From the human T2T-CHM13v2.0 reference genome, Homo sapiens, in NCBI RefSeq assembly GCF_009914755.1, contig NC_060935.1: a stretch of 64,000 nucleotides of DNA; one strand, 5' to 3'. The notes beneath the pieces are model-generated. The model saw only the letters and a list, made by a program, of their open reading frames with translations. It made no database searches and was not told the DNA's origin. Below are positions 1 through 16,102 of this stretch, in pieces. The number at the start of each line of letters is the position of its first letter. The first letter of the stretch is position 1. The position numbers and the translations under genes are program-made.

Positions 1-1809
1 TCACACTCTGAGCAAAATCCCCCACCCAGATGTTAAAAAGGCAAGAGGGCAGGCAGGGAGTTGAAGACTCAAAAGCCACTATGGTTGGAAAAGAAAACCA
101 AACCAAACAATTTGTGGACGGTTAACCCACCTGCCCACAAAACAACCCTTAAAGAAGGACCCATGAGGTATGGTGGGGCTCAGCCAATTTTCACAAGTAT
201 GAACCATTTAACGCTCAAGCTTTCACCCCTCCTTACTACCACCCCTAGTGCTTTGTGCTGGGCACCACAATGAGGTGAAAAGACAGCTTGGGTGCAGAAT
301 CTCATTTGATTTTTACAAAAGCCTTAGGAGGATGCAGGGCAGGGATTCATACCCTCACTTTATCATAGAAATGGAGGCTTAGAGAGGTCAAGTGATTTGC
401 CAAGCATGGTCCAGTAAGTGAACATGCTGTCCAACTCCATCTTGGACTTTATATGGAATGGCTCAGTGGAAAAGACTGGAGCCATTCCCATTAAAAAACA
501 TCGAGTAGAGGCACCTAATAATAGTGGCCGATCAACAAAGATGCACATGAAACTGTTGGTCAAAACAGCACATTCTTCCCAAAGCTGGAGCACTTAGGAA
601 GATGAGAATGTCTAGTGTTAACCAAGGAAGGTTCTCCATAAGCAGTGTTGAGTATTCTGCAGAAGGGGGGAAGAGAAGGCACAAAGAAGGCCAAATAGCT
701 GCACACTCCCAGGACTGTGTCCCCACTCTCTGACTGCCATCTCCTAGAGAGCTCTGCCTGGCTGGGGTCCCCATACAGAAATCATCTGGTGGCCTGTGCA
801 AGGAAACAGCCAACCTCAGAGTTCTATTCCCACTCAGACATGTCTCTGCGGGTTGCCAGCATATGGCCCACTGCCTAGCACACAGTGGGTGCACACTAAA
901 TGTCTGTTGACTGGAATTAGCTGATAAATGTTTGCTGACTGAGGCACAGACAGGTGAAGTCACTCTTCCAATATTACACAGCCAGTAAGTAGCAGAAGTG
1001 AGATTCAACCCAAGTCAACAGACTATTCAGCACTTAACCCTCTCTGTTTTCCCCTCCACCATACAGCCTCTTGCCCCAAGGACCAGAATAATGTTGTTTT
1101 CTCATCCTATTCCTTCTCATTCCCAACACAATGTGTGCCACACGGTAGGCTCATAAGAAGTTTTTGTTGACTGAAGCTTAGCGGTCTGCCCCAACACTGA
1201 GCCTGGGGAGTTTCCTTATTAAACCACAAGCCACACTGAGCAGGAAGTGGAGGGATGGGCCTGAGTCAGGAATAGGAGGAAGAGGCCCTGGATACAGAGC
1301 AGTAGCCAAGGGTGAGGACTGGGGTAGAGGGTGGGGAGGAGGCACACCACAATAGTCTCCACACAATCTTTGAAACCCCACCCGCCACCCCAGGCCACCC
1401 CAAGCCCTGCACAACCTGCCAGAGCCAGCCATACCTCCGTTCTGCCATCTGTCCCCTCCACCTGGAAGTCTCTTCCTTCCCTCTTTGAAGGGAAGGTTAC
1501 CCCAACTCATGCAGATTTAAGGGTACTTCCTCCTGGAAGCTTTCTTGGCCTCCTTACCAGGTAAAACCCCAAATACAGGCTCTCATGGCACTTACCACAG
1601 TCGCAACTCTGCGTTTTATTTGAGTGACTATTTGATTCACATCCATCTCTCCTTCTAAACCGCAAGCTCCTGGGGGGCTCTCCTTTGCTCACCGTGTATT
1701 CCCAGCATCCTGCACACTGCCTTGCACTGAGGAAATAGCCAGTGACCCTGTGTCGAATAGGGAATGACTGAATGAATATAGAGATGAATGTTGAAACTGG
1801 AACACTCTC

Positions 1810-2232
1810 TGTGGTAGGATGAAAATGGCCCCCAAAAGATATCCAGACCTAATCCCTTGAACCTGTGAGTGTTACTTTATATGGGAACAGTGTCTTTGTA
1901 TATTGGGTCTTGAGATGGGGAGGTTATCCTAGATGATCAAAGTGAGCCCTAAATGCAATTGCATTGGAGCTCTTAAGAAATTTTTGGTATAAAAAAGAGG
2001 CAGGGAAAGATTTCACTCTCACACACACACACACGCACACACGAAGGCTAGCCACCAGGAGCCAAAAGAGGCAAGGAACACATTCCTTCCTAGAAAATTC
2101 CAGCCCTGCCAGTACCTTGATTGCAGCCCAATGAAACTGATTTCAGACCCTCCAGAACCAGGAGAGAATTCATTCCGTCATCTTAAGCCACCCAGTGTGT
2201 GATAATTTGTTATAGCCTTGGGAAACAAATAC
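1810..2232 (+). mobile_element. MaLR LTR (MLT1-type)
   Basis: tgtggtagg...aatggccccc...ctaatccc start and aatttgttatagcc...ggaaacaaataca end; internal (CA)n. Confidence 0.75.
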
Positions 2233-2814
2233 ACCTGACCTCCAAAACCCTCCTCACCCTGACCCCCAAAACCCTCCTGCCTTCTCCGTGTCTAAGCACG
2301 TCAGATTTATGGGGGATGGAATAATCTAGAATAATCTGAAATAATTTTAAAAGGAAAAAAGAAAAGGGGATCAAGAAGAAAGAGAGGAGAGGGTGAGTGT
2401 AAGGAGGGCTAAAGCCCGAGTGTGCAGGGGGATCATAATTTACTCAGAAGCTGCAGGAAGAAGAGCCCTATGTCCATGCCTCTCTCGACTCTCCCCCAGG
2501 GAATGTTCTCCACAAGTGGGGGAGGCTGAGAGTTCTCGAGTTCCCTGTCTGTCTCTCTGTCTGTCAGCCAGTAGCCATGAGCCCCATGAAGGAGCCATCC
2601 CTCACTTAGGTGGGCCTCACTCACTGGGCGCCAACCCCTCCCACACCGGCCGGGCACGCCCTTACCTGGAGGCCTGGCACTTGCTGTTCCCTTTGCCCAC
2701 AACACCCTTCGTTCAGATATCCACACGGTTCATTCCTCACATCCCTTGGGTCCTCATTCTAATGTCACCTACTGGGGGAGGCCTGCTGCCCACTCTATTT
2801 AAAATGGAGGTGGA

Positions 2815-2960
2815 GGCCAGGCGCAGTGGCTCACGCCTGTAATCTCAACATTTTGGGAGGCTGAGGCAGGTGGATCGCTTGAGCTCAGGAGTTCAAGACC
2901 AGTTCGGGCAACATAGGGAGACCCTGTCTCTATAAAAACCTAAAGAAAAAAAGGAAAAAA
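2815..2960 (+). mobile_element. Alu left monomer / FLAM
   Basis: ggccaggcgcagtggctcacgcctgtaatc... monomer followed by an A-rich tail. Confidence 0.85.
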
Positions 2961-4462
2961 AATGGAGGTGGGGGAGGGAAAAGGAAAAAAGGAAAACAAA
3001 AAGGCAGCCCTCCCTCCCTACTCCCTAAACCCCTTTCTTACTTTATTGTTCTCGGTGGCGCGTATCACTGTCTGACATGCTACACATTTCTCTCATGTAT
3101 TGACTCTTGGTGTCCGTCTCCTCCTGCTGCAATGAACACTCCATGTGGCAGGAGTTTTGTTTGCTTTGTCTGCCTCGAATGAAGCCTGGTATGTGGCAGG
3201 AAATCAACAGCTATTGAAGAATAAACACTCTCAGAGGGCATTTCTCCAGGAAGATGGAGGCGCTGGGGTGAGCAGATGGGAGCGGGATGATAAAGTCTCT
3301 GCTTCAGAAGCCACCAGCCCAGCCACGTCTTCTGCAGATCCTCTGTGCCAAATGCAAACCCTGTCAAGGCATTTCTTACACTTTCTAGTAATTTTCATTC
3401 CCACAGACCCCACCCCTGGCTGCCTTGGGCTGTGAGCCTCCCACAGGGGGAATTGGCAGCACCCAAACACCTGCCAGTAGTCCCCAAAGTTGGTTCTTTC
3501 CCTGGCAGCCTTCCAACTGGACCTACTGCTGGAATTGTCCCACTTACTGCTTTTTGTCTGTGGCTGGTGTGCGTGGGGCTGGCAGGAGCAGTCAACAGGA
3601 ATAGTTAGAGTCAGACCTGGGCTTACAAGCCAGCTGTACCACTTATGGAGTTACCTTGGGAAAAGCATATAACCTTTCTAAGACTCAGTTTCCTCCTCTG
3701 TAAAGTGGGAAGAGAAGACCTATCTCACATAGAATCAGAGGAAGTACATAGTAGCAAATTGCCCAGCACAACAATAAACCTTAGATTTCCTTTCCCCCAC
3801 TCTTTCTAACTAAACATCCTCCAAGACAAACATAGTATCCTTTCTGTTTTTGTCCCCAGGTGCTTAGCACAGTGCCTGACACAGGGACTACTCAATGAAT
3901 GTTTGCAGATTTGAGCTACTGACCCAAGAAGAAGGTGTGGCAGTTATGAACTTTGTCACCAAATTGGGATCTCAGAAGAACTGTGCAACTGACTTATGCT
4001 TTAGTATGTGGTGACCACAGTTGGCCTAGGGAGAAGAATTGAGTGGAGAGGGGGAAGTAATCTTGAGTCTGGGGCTTAAGAAAGTGGTGTAATAGCAAGA
4101 GGCTGTGACCAACCGCCATAAGTATCTCGCTTTGTGGGTGGACAGGAGGCCTCTCCTGGGACCAGTGGATGGGTGAGCACCCAGTAATCACAAGGAAACC
4201 CTTCTGTTAATGTATACGTATAGACACACGTAGTGACTGCTTACCAGAATTTCATGAATCTCAGCATCTATTTACTTCAGCTTTCCAACATTAGGCTGAG
4301 AATTTATTTCTACAATGTGCAACAATAAACATGAGTCACCTCTTTGAAACTTCATACTGTGCACCAAGTGTTGATCAAAACTGTGTATATTTCTGAATAC
4401 GTATTTACTTAAATAACTTGTATGGGTTTTGAACACATTTATTAATTAAAGTTAAAAAAAAA

Positions 4463-4758
<296 letters not shown>

Positions 4759-5124
4759 TAAAATTTTTAAAAATGTGAAGATGACCTCACCATATACAAG
4801 AACTCAAAGAATGCTCAGAAGAAATGCTAATTTTTTTCATGGTCCTGGTAATTTTCCACTGGAATTTTGGGGTGTCCTGAAAAGAGAGGCTGGGGTAGGA
4901 CAGAGGGACAGGTTAGTGAAGACAGAAAGGGGGTTGGCTGCGGACTATCAGAGATACCAGCAGGACCTCCCCCACCAAAATCACCCAAATGTTGGCCTGT
5001 TTAAAAGAGTTTGGAAAAGGAGGTGAGAAGAACATCACCTGTCTTGTTCTTCTGTCCCAAAAGGTCAGATCGCCACAGAATGAATGTGGGGGCGAGGTAT
5101 GAACCCGCTATGCTCTTGAGATAG

Positions 5125-5909
<785 letters not shown>

Positions 5910-8058
5910 ACCATTTCTTACATTTGTCATTAATTATGTGAAAGAGGAAAGACTGTACTTCCAGTGTGTCCTGGGAAGAGTGGTGGAATGGAAACATGTA
6001 GGTAGATGACAGGAGCCCCCTGAAAGGATTCTAGGGTTCCATGGGGGGCAGGGAGACCCCCTGGAGCCTGGGGGACAGGGAGAAGAGGCTTCCCACTGTG
6101 AGCTGCTCAAGACATGTTTGGCCCAGCAGTGAACAGAAAGGAAACCCAATTTATAGGAAAAATGACAGCAGTACTAATATCCACAAGTATATAACACTTT
6201 AGAGTTTACAGAACACTTTAGATCTAAGCTGTTTCTTCTCATATCATAATGAAGTTACCTATTGAAGTCTAAACACCCTAAAAGCGCATGAGTCTGATAA
6301 GGCCAGTGTCTTACTAATTTTTGGATCCTACCATGCCTAGGCAAGTGTACTTAACAAATGTTTGCTTGCATTCATCCTCTCAACAACCCTGACAGGTTGG
6401 AAGAAGTGGTATTATCCTCGTTTTTTAGCTAAGAAATCCGAGACCTGGGGAATTCATGACTTACCCAAAGTCACGGATGGCAACTGACAGACCTGGGGCT
6501 TGAACCTCAGGCTTAGGTCTTCCCATTGAGCACTCGGGCTGCTGCCAGAGACAGGGGAGAATATAGAGCTTTAAATCCTTGAAGCAAAGGAGCTGTAATT
6601 CAAGGATTTACAAGACATTTCTGCATGACAGAGGAGTGATTAGGATTTGTCTTCACATGGGAGTCTCCCTGTATTGGGTGAACCTTCTTAGTCTTGTCAA
6701 TATAAAGTACATGCATACCCATTGTTCTGGAAGACATCCTAGACATCTGTGATGGGTCCGAGACAGAGTCCTCAGACTGAAGTGTTACTGGTTTCATTTA
6801 GCAATGTCAGTGGAGTATCTCCTTAGCAGAACCATGCCCCTGAGGAATTACAGAATTTGTTTCCCAAAGTCTCAATTTAGGCTGTCCCATGGCTGAAAAT
6901 CATTATCCTTTGTCCAGTCATTGTTCACTGCAGGGCAGGAGCCCAGACAACCGCAGGAAGAGCAGGCAGACCAAGTCTCTTCCCTTCCGGGCAGGAATGA
7001 CCGAGGTAAGGCCCTGGATTGGGCCTGATTTGTCATTATCTGGGCCACACGGCTGCTGGCCCACCTGCAGGGTTATTTAAGGCCAAGGCAGGCTTAAGGC
7101 AACTAGCCCTATGTGAGCCATTGGAGCCAGGTTGTACCTTCAGGATAGGTCTAGGAATTTCTCTTGAAAGATATTGATGTTCTTGCTGTGAATCATCTTG
7201 AGGCAAAAAGTTAAAAACAAAACAAAACAAGGTGGTCTTTGGGCAGGAAGAGGAAGGCCTCTGCTCTCTTTATGGGCAAGGAGGGTGTTCAGAGAGGCCT
7301 AGAGACTTCCAAAGGCAAGAAGTTCACTGGCCTCTCCCTGCCACCAACATTGCCAGAAGCTTAAGGAGGGTTTGCAAAATGCAGCTGAACTGGTGGGTGC
7401 TCTGAAACTACTGCTTTGAGCAGTTGTAACAGACTATCTCTTTGGTACTTTTGTTATTTGAGAGCTTCCAATAGCATTTTTTCAAAGATGCTGGGCCTGT
7501 GTCCGTACTTCAAACAAACAGCTGCAGCTCAGAGGCCACCACCGTGAGACGCTCAGAGGTGAGGTGCAAGCCCTCTAGGATGGCTCTGGGATTGGAAACC
7601 CAAGAGCAGATGGACTTCCTGCATTTGTGGGATGGGAGTTCAAACTGTTGTTATTTTAGAATTAAGGGGAAATGACACCCTTAAAAACTGGAGAAGTCAA
7701 GGCCATCTGGGCTGCAGAAGGAAGACACGACTGTGTCTTGAAATGACACGAGATATTTCTGTCAATGTTCTGTTCTTCACTTCTTGCATCCCAAGTTCAC
7801 AAAGCAATGACAATGGACTAAGTTCATGGACCAGGTCCACAGCCTTCCTGACGAGGTGATTTTCTTAAAATAATTCTGGGGGAGGGAGGTGTCCCAAGTA
7901 CAACCAAAGGCCCAGTTGTCCCAAGATGGTGTGGTGGGCCTCAGCACAACATACAACCCAGAGTGAGGCCAAACACATCCAGGCCATGAAAGAAAGGGGC
8001 TAGATCCCTCTAGTCAGCGTGCTTTTTGCTGAATGTTTCTACAGACCTCACTCCCTCT

Positions 8059-9445
8059 TGTGTCCGGAATTGGTGGGTTCTTGGTCTCACTGACTTCAAG
8101 AATGAAGCTGCGGACCCTCGCGGTGAGTGTTACAGCTTTTAAGGTGGCGCGTCTGGAGTCTGTCCCTTTTGATGCTCAGATGTGTTCGGAGTTTCTTCCT
8201 TCTGATGGGTTCGTGGTCTCGCTGGCTCAGGAGTGAAGCTGCAGAGCTTTGCGGAGAGTGTTACAGCTCTTAAGGCAGCGCATCTGGAGTTGTTCGTTCC
8301 TCCTGGTGGGCTTGTGGTCTCACTGGGCTCAGGAGTGAAGCTGCAGATCTTCGCGGTGTTACAGCTCATAAAAGCAGCGCGGACCCAAAGAGTCAGCAGT
8401 AGCAAGACTTATTGCAAAGAGCGAAAGAACAAAGCTTCCACAGGGTGGAAGGGGACCCGAGCGGGTTGCCAACGCTGGCTCGGGCAGCCTGCTTTTATTC
8501 TCTTATCTGGCCCCACCCACATCCTGCTGATGGGTAGAGCCAAGTGGCCTGTTTTGACAGGGTGCTGATTGGTAAATTTACAATCCCTGAGCTAGATACA
8601 AAGGTTCTTCACGTCCCCATCAGATTAGTTAGATACAGAGTATGGACACAAAGGTTCTCCAAGGCCCCACCAGAGCAGCTAGATACAGAGTGTCGATTGG
8701 TGCACTCACAAACCTTGAGCTAAACACAGGGGTGCTGATTGGTGTGTTTACAAACCTTGAGCTAAACATAAAGACTCTCCGCGTCCCCACCAGACTCAGG
8801 AGCCCAGCTGGCTTCACCTAATGGATCCCGCACCGGGGCTTCAGGTGGAGCTGCCTGCCAGTCCTGCGCCGTGCGCTCGCATTCCTCAGCCCTTGGGTGG
8901 TCGATGGGACTGGGCGCCTTGGAGCAGGGGGTGGTGCTCCACGGGGAGGCTCGGGCCTCAGAGGAGCCCATGGAGTGGGTGGGTGGCTCAGGCATGGCGG
9001 GCTGCAGGTCCCGAGCCCTGCCCCGCGGGAAGGCAGCTAAGGCCCGGCAAGAAATCGAGCACAGCGCCGGTGGGCCGGCACTGCTGGGGGACCCAGTACA
9101 CCCTCCGCAGCCACTGGCCCGGGTGCTAAGTCCCTCATTGCCCGGGGCCAGCAGGGCTGGCTGGCTGTTCCGAGTGCGGGGCCCGCCAAGCCCACGCCCA
9201 CCCGGAACTCCAGCTGGCCCGCAAGCGCCGCACGCAGCCCCGGTTGCCGCTGGAGCCTCTCCCTCCACACCTCCCTGCAAGCTGAGGGAGTGGGCTCCAG
9301 CCTTGGCCAACCCAGAAAGGGGCTCCCACAGTGCAGTGGGGGGGCTGAAGGGCTCCTCAAATGCCGCCAAAGTGGGAGCCCAGGCAGGGGAGGTGCCGAG
9401 AGCAAGCGAGGGCTCTGAGGACTGCCAGCAGGCTGTCACCTCTCA
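8059..9445 (-). mobile_element. Solo LTR12C (ERV9 LTR)
   Basis: Minus strand starts TGAGAGGTGACAGC.. and ends ..CCAATTCCGGACACA; CpG-rich U3; repeated CCAAT units; 4-bp TSD CTCT (8055-8058, 9446-9449). Confidence 0.93.
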
Positions 9446-11397
9446 CTCTCACTTGAGAAGCCATTATCAGTTACCAGAACACTTTGTGTCTGGCTTTACA
9501 ACAGCCCAGATTCCAATCTTGCCAACAGCTAATAGAGCCAAAGGGACCGGTTCCAGGGTGCACGACTGGTAGTGACCAAGCTGGGGCTAGAAGTAGGTCT
9601 GTTGGTTTTGAGGTAACCAGGCTCCTCCCACCTAAGGCAATGACCAAGAACAGTGTCCCAGGCAGATTATAGGAATGAGAAGGCTCTTAGCCCCAGCTCT
9701 GCTGATTTAAAGTAATTAGCATGGGCATTCCTTCACCTGGGAGATCAGTACTTCTTCCCCTTCCCCCTAAACTGATGGGCATGACAACCTCACGCAGTCT
9801 TCACAGTTCCACAAACTTAGCTGCTATGGTTTGAGAGCCAGAGAGTTGAGCTTCGATCTGGAGACCAAAGTTTTAATTCTGTCACTAACTAGTGAGTTAC
9901 CCTGGCTACTCACCTTCATGCTCTAGATTTCCTCTTCTATTTAAAATGCAAATCTGCCATATCCCTCTCCTGCCTAAAACCCTTCACTGATGCCTTTCAC
10001 CCACCCAGCTAAAGTTCTAGGAACTCCCCATTCAAGCCTGAGCCACCACACAGAGTCGAGAGGAATGTTGAGAATGGGGTTTTGTCCCTTCTGAGCTCTT
10101 TGGTGCTCCTCCAGGGGGGAGCCAGGGAGAAGGTGAAGGGATGTGGACACTCATTAGGTTTGGCAACTGGAGACTTCTCCCAGGGCCGTTGCTGGGGCTG
10201 GGCGAGCCCCTCACTGTGCATCTGCAATTCTCCTGGACCCAACAACTACCAAGTTTCCTACCCACACAGTTTCCTTCTCTGTGTCTCCTTCTTACGGTCA
10301 GTTCCCTCTGTGTCTCTCTCCTTGTTATGTGCAGCTCTGACACAGTGATCACAAGTCCTGGAACTTCCCTACTCACCAGTTGAGGGACAGAAACTGCAAG
10401 TTACGCTTGTTAGCACACTCAAGCACAGACTTCCTGCCAACTCAGATGCCCATCCGACTCCCCAGGCATGCCCATTTAACAGCATCATCCTGAGCACCAA
10501 GATAAAGTCAAATGAAAATGAGACAATGGAACCACCCAGAGCCCAAAATCTGCCCTCAAAATTTCCCAGGGTAACCCTAGGGGCCAGATGTTCACGCAGC
10601 AGGTTCCCTGGTTCCCTGGGCTAGCCACGTCCCTCTACCATCTACAAGACTCTCAGCCCTCAGCTGTTCCTCCTCTCTTGCCCTCCCCCTTGTCTTTTTC
10701 TCCAACCCCGTTCTCTCTTTCTCTCAATCACTTGACATTTGTCTCTTGCAAGAATTCTTCCAAGATTCAGAAGGGCACTGTTCACATGGTAGTAAAAGCA
10801 TGAGCTCTGGAGTCAAACAGACCAGTTGAACAGGCTTCTAGCTCTGCTACTTACTGAGTGAATGACATGGGCAAGTGACTCAGTCTCTCACCTCATTTTC
10901 CCATCTGTAAAACACTGATAATGATGCTTATCTCACTGAGTGTTTATAAGGATTAAATGAAATAAGGTTTGCAGATTATTCAGGGTAGTTAACACTAGCT
11001 GCTATGAAAAAAACTTCACAAAATCTCAGTGGCTTGAGAGGGTTTACTCCTCACCCAATCAATAGGCTGATGCAAACTGGGTGTCTTTTCTGCACAGCTG
11101 CCCTCCAAGAGGTGATTCAGGGGCCCAAGCTCCCTCTATTCCCTTGGAGTCCTCCACTGGACACCTCCAGATGGCTGGCAGAATAGCAAAGACAGAGTTA
11201 GCAGCCAGGCCTGGAAGTGGCACCCATCAACTCAACTTTACAGTGCTTAAAAGCCAGCCACATATTCTACTTAACTGCAAGGGGGACTGGGAAATATAGT
11301 TGCCCCATGTGCCCAGGAAGAGGAACTGGTATTACTAAGCATCTGGCCATTCTCTGCCACAACATGTGAAGTATTTCACATAGTGCCCGATAGGTCA

Positions 11398-11787
<390 letters not shown>

Positions 11788-12554
11788 CTATCATATGTCT
11801 CTCTACTGGTGTGAATACCAGAATACACAGAACTTTAGGGTGGACTTTTCAGAACACTGAAAACAAAACAAAATAAACATGTGGATTCCGTGTTTCTTTT
11901 TCTTCCTTTTCAAGTATAGTAATCACATGCCTGACGTAACTCCTATTCTGGGTGCTCTCCATGAGGCAGCAGGATACATTGGAATAGCCTGCATTCAAAT
12001 CCTGGCTCTGCCCTGAGCTAGGTATTAACCTATGTTAGCCACTGTGGTTTTCTCATCTTAAAACAAGAGTGCCAGTTTACCCACTTTCCAGGGTTCTTAA
12101 AAAATGCCATATTCCCTAATCTCCAAGTAAACACTTCCTTCTGTCTGGAATACCCTCCCTATCCACTCTTCATTAGCTACCTCCTATTCCTCCCTCAAGT
12201 CTCAACTTAGATGTCACCTCCTTCAGGAAGTTTTCCTTATCTTCTATCCCAAGTGTGGTTTAGTGCCTCTGTCTTTTGTCCAGTCAGCCTGTACTTGCCT
12301 TCCCAGAGCACTTACCACTGTGTATTAAAATCTCTGTTCACTTTCTGCCTCTGCCCAGATTGCTTCTTGGGGAAAGGGACTTAGTTTTGATCACCATTTT
12401 ATTCCTAGCATCATTATAGCATCTGGCCCACAACGAGTGTGCAGTAAATATTGTCATATGAACGAATTAAAAATTTTGATCCTCCTTCAAAATGGTAACG
12501 CGTAAGACTCTTATACGTCAACAAAAAATAAAAGTAAAGACAAGGTCAGGAACT

Positions 12555-13162
<608 letters not shown>

Positions 13163-13799
13163 GTTCTGGAAGAAACATCACAGTGTCTTTCTCTTTTAAA
13201 AGGTCGGGGTAACTAAGTAGTTGTTTCAGAAGGCAGCTACACCCCTTGGGTCATGACAGGGTACTCCTGAGCAATTTACCATCTTAATTTCTCACTTGAG
13301 CAACAGAGAGTATAAAAAAAATCTTCACACATTAAAAAAGCCTGGGGCTTGCCCTCTCCACTCATCTGGGGGTGTGGCAACAAGAGCTGTCTCCTGAGGG
13401 TGGCCCAGGCTGATGATGTGTCCTGGTAGGCCTGCAGATATCACTCTCCCCCATCCATGTAGCTGAGGCACCCCTGCCTTCGCTGACTATCGTCAAGAGT
13501 GAGGTCTTTCTAGTCCCAATGTAGACTCTTAGATACAGGATGGGATCTCCCAACTCCCACCCCCAGCCAACCTGGCACACTTTCAGTCCAGGCCACTGGG
13601 CAGAGAGATTTCCGCTCTGAAAATATTGAAATAGGGTTTATATCTCCACAAACCATGGGGATAATGCCTCACTAACTCCTAGACCACGCACAGTGCTGGT
13701 GTCACACACCTAAGTTAGGGGCCCTTTCTCAAAAGCTGCAGTAAATAAGGCCCTCCATGTGGGCATTGGGCACTGCCAGGGAAACCTCCCAGGAGCAGG

Positions 13800-14320
13800 T
13801 GATAGTTACAGGAGGCAGTCAAATGCCTAGGCAGATAGGGCGGGTCCCTGGTGAAACCCCACCTCCAAGTTGAAGACAACTTAAAACCTGAAAGCCAAGC
13901 TGCAAGTTAAATCTTCAGACCAGATTGAGAACCTGTCTTCCCATTTGGCACGCTTTCCTCTGATTGATCCCCACCCTTCACCTACTTTACATACACCTAC
14001 CCTTTCCTAATTGGTTTTCTACACTGTCGTACCCACCTTTGAGTGGTATTTTCACTTTAACCTTTTTTGCATACTCACAAACCAATCGGCATGCACTCCC
14101 TATTCTGAGTCCAGAAAAAGCCCTGGATCCAGCCACACTGAGAAAAAAAAACACCCAACTGTGGGAGCGGGGAACCACCCCCCTCCCCATCCCCTCTCTG
14201 CTGAGAGCTGGTCCATCACTCAATAAAATTATTCTCTGCCCATCCTCACCCTTCAACTGTCAGCGAATTCTCATTCTTCTTGAACACAGGACAAGAGCTC
14301 AGGAACAAATGAAGGTACAA
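13800..14320 (+). mobile_element. ERV1-class LTR (MER50-like; subfamily uncertain)
   Basis: tgatagttacaggaggcag..aaatgcctaggcagatagggcgggtccctggtgaaaccccacc start; AATAAA at about 14222. Confidence 0.6.
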
Positions 14321-14567
14321 ACTACAATACAGGCAGGGTGGGGTATGGCCGGGTGGGTGGGGCAGCAGGCCTGGAGTGGGGCCTTGCTGGCCAGAAATGT
14401 CCTGAGCCCCTCTTCTTTGGTTTGTCTGAGAACAAGGGCAGGGCTTGAGGGATGCACACACAGTCCCAAACACACATATGCACTTGGCAAACAGACAACG
14501 TTCTCCACACCACAATGAAATCCAAATCCACAGACTGGCCACTGCAAATCATATATGACTGCAAGTG

Positions 14568-14594
14568 CACACACACACACACACACACACACAC
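14568..14594. repeat. (CA)n microsatellite
   Basis: About 13 CA units. Confidence 0.95.
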
Positions 14595-14929
14595 TTTGAA
14601 GCAGGTGTCAGCCTCCAAGAAAAAGTGATGGACAGTCTGTCTCTCATATCCTCACATATTTGGTTCACCTGGAGATGGCCTCAGATGAGCCAAGTGACAC
14701 AGAGGTGCGAGAGACTGAGGATGTGCTGAGGTGTTACCCAGCACTCCAGTAGTGCTATTACCCAACACAAAAATTGGTCTGAATATCAGATTTCAAGCAA
14801 GCAAGGGAAACCCAGAAGAGACTGGGAGAAGTCCTTATGGAGGCTAAAGCAACTCCATGTTGGATGCTAATCCACAGTTTTGGCCGTGTTGGCTTTGGAG
14901 CCTCCCAGAAGACCTCTGAGATTCCCAAT

Positions 14930-15780
14930 TTATCAATTGCTCCTTGTGTAAGTGCAAACACTTACTGTAAATCCGGCCCTTAGGTCAAACAACCTTGATG
15001 TTATCATACTTCAACTGTCCTACACATCTTTTCTGAATCACCCTTCCCCTGTGGTCTATAAGCCCTGGTCCTGGGGGTGAATCATGGAGACACAAACGTA
15101 GCTTCTGTTTATAAGTCCTTATTAAATGTTTTTTTCGAAGAAACTGGATGTGTCAGCCTGTAACCTGCAAAAGGATCTGGCTGCTCTCTGCTTGTAGAAA
15201 GAATGGATAATAAAGGAAAATCTGCTAGCTGCCATGCTAGCAGGGGAAGAGCAGCAAACAATTCCACTCTTCAATTCATGGGGGGAACGCAGGGGTTTTT
15301 TAAGAAAGGATCTGAAATGCAGAAAAGGCAAGGGGGAGGTTAGGAGGTACCAGGTGGTGTGACTTGCTCCAGTGGTCCTCTTTAATTATCGTCTTATTTG
15401 GTGGAGGGGCTGGTGCAATCGTGGATCCTGCCAGGTTATAAATTAGTTACTCTTCAGCAGGGTATATGTTCAACTCCTGAAGTAAGCTTTTGTTGGAGAG
15501 AGAATTCCGGAGGTGCCTGGTCCCTATCAGGACGCAGCTCCTGAGGCATCTAAGGAAATATATGACCAGGTAAGAGCATAGCGTGTGCTTAACAAGCACG
15601 TAGGTAAATAAACGTGCGTAAGGCATGGGAGTACAGTATGGGACAGGAAAGGGAGTGGAGGTCACAGCACGTCCTGAGGCTGTGTTTTAAGATGAGAGGT
15701 AACATACATGCAGTTTGTCTCAAAATTATATCTTGAGGCCCAGAGGAGGAAGAGAAAAAAGGAAAGAAGAGAAACTAAGT
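14930..15780. mobile_element. Degraded LTR fragments (MER39-like plus a second LTR)
   Basis: tataagccctgg..ttattaaatgttt..gaaactggatgtgtcagcc motif typical of ERV1 LTRs; boundaries approximate. Confidence 0.4.
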
Positions 15781-15795
15781 TTAAAACACGGTTTA

Positions 15796-16102
<307 letters not shown>

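Noticed and set aside
8762-9572. ORFs of 225 and 233 aa on opposite strands
   Set aside because: They lie in the GC-rich U3 of LTR12C, where stops are scarce; no recognisable protein features
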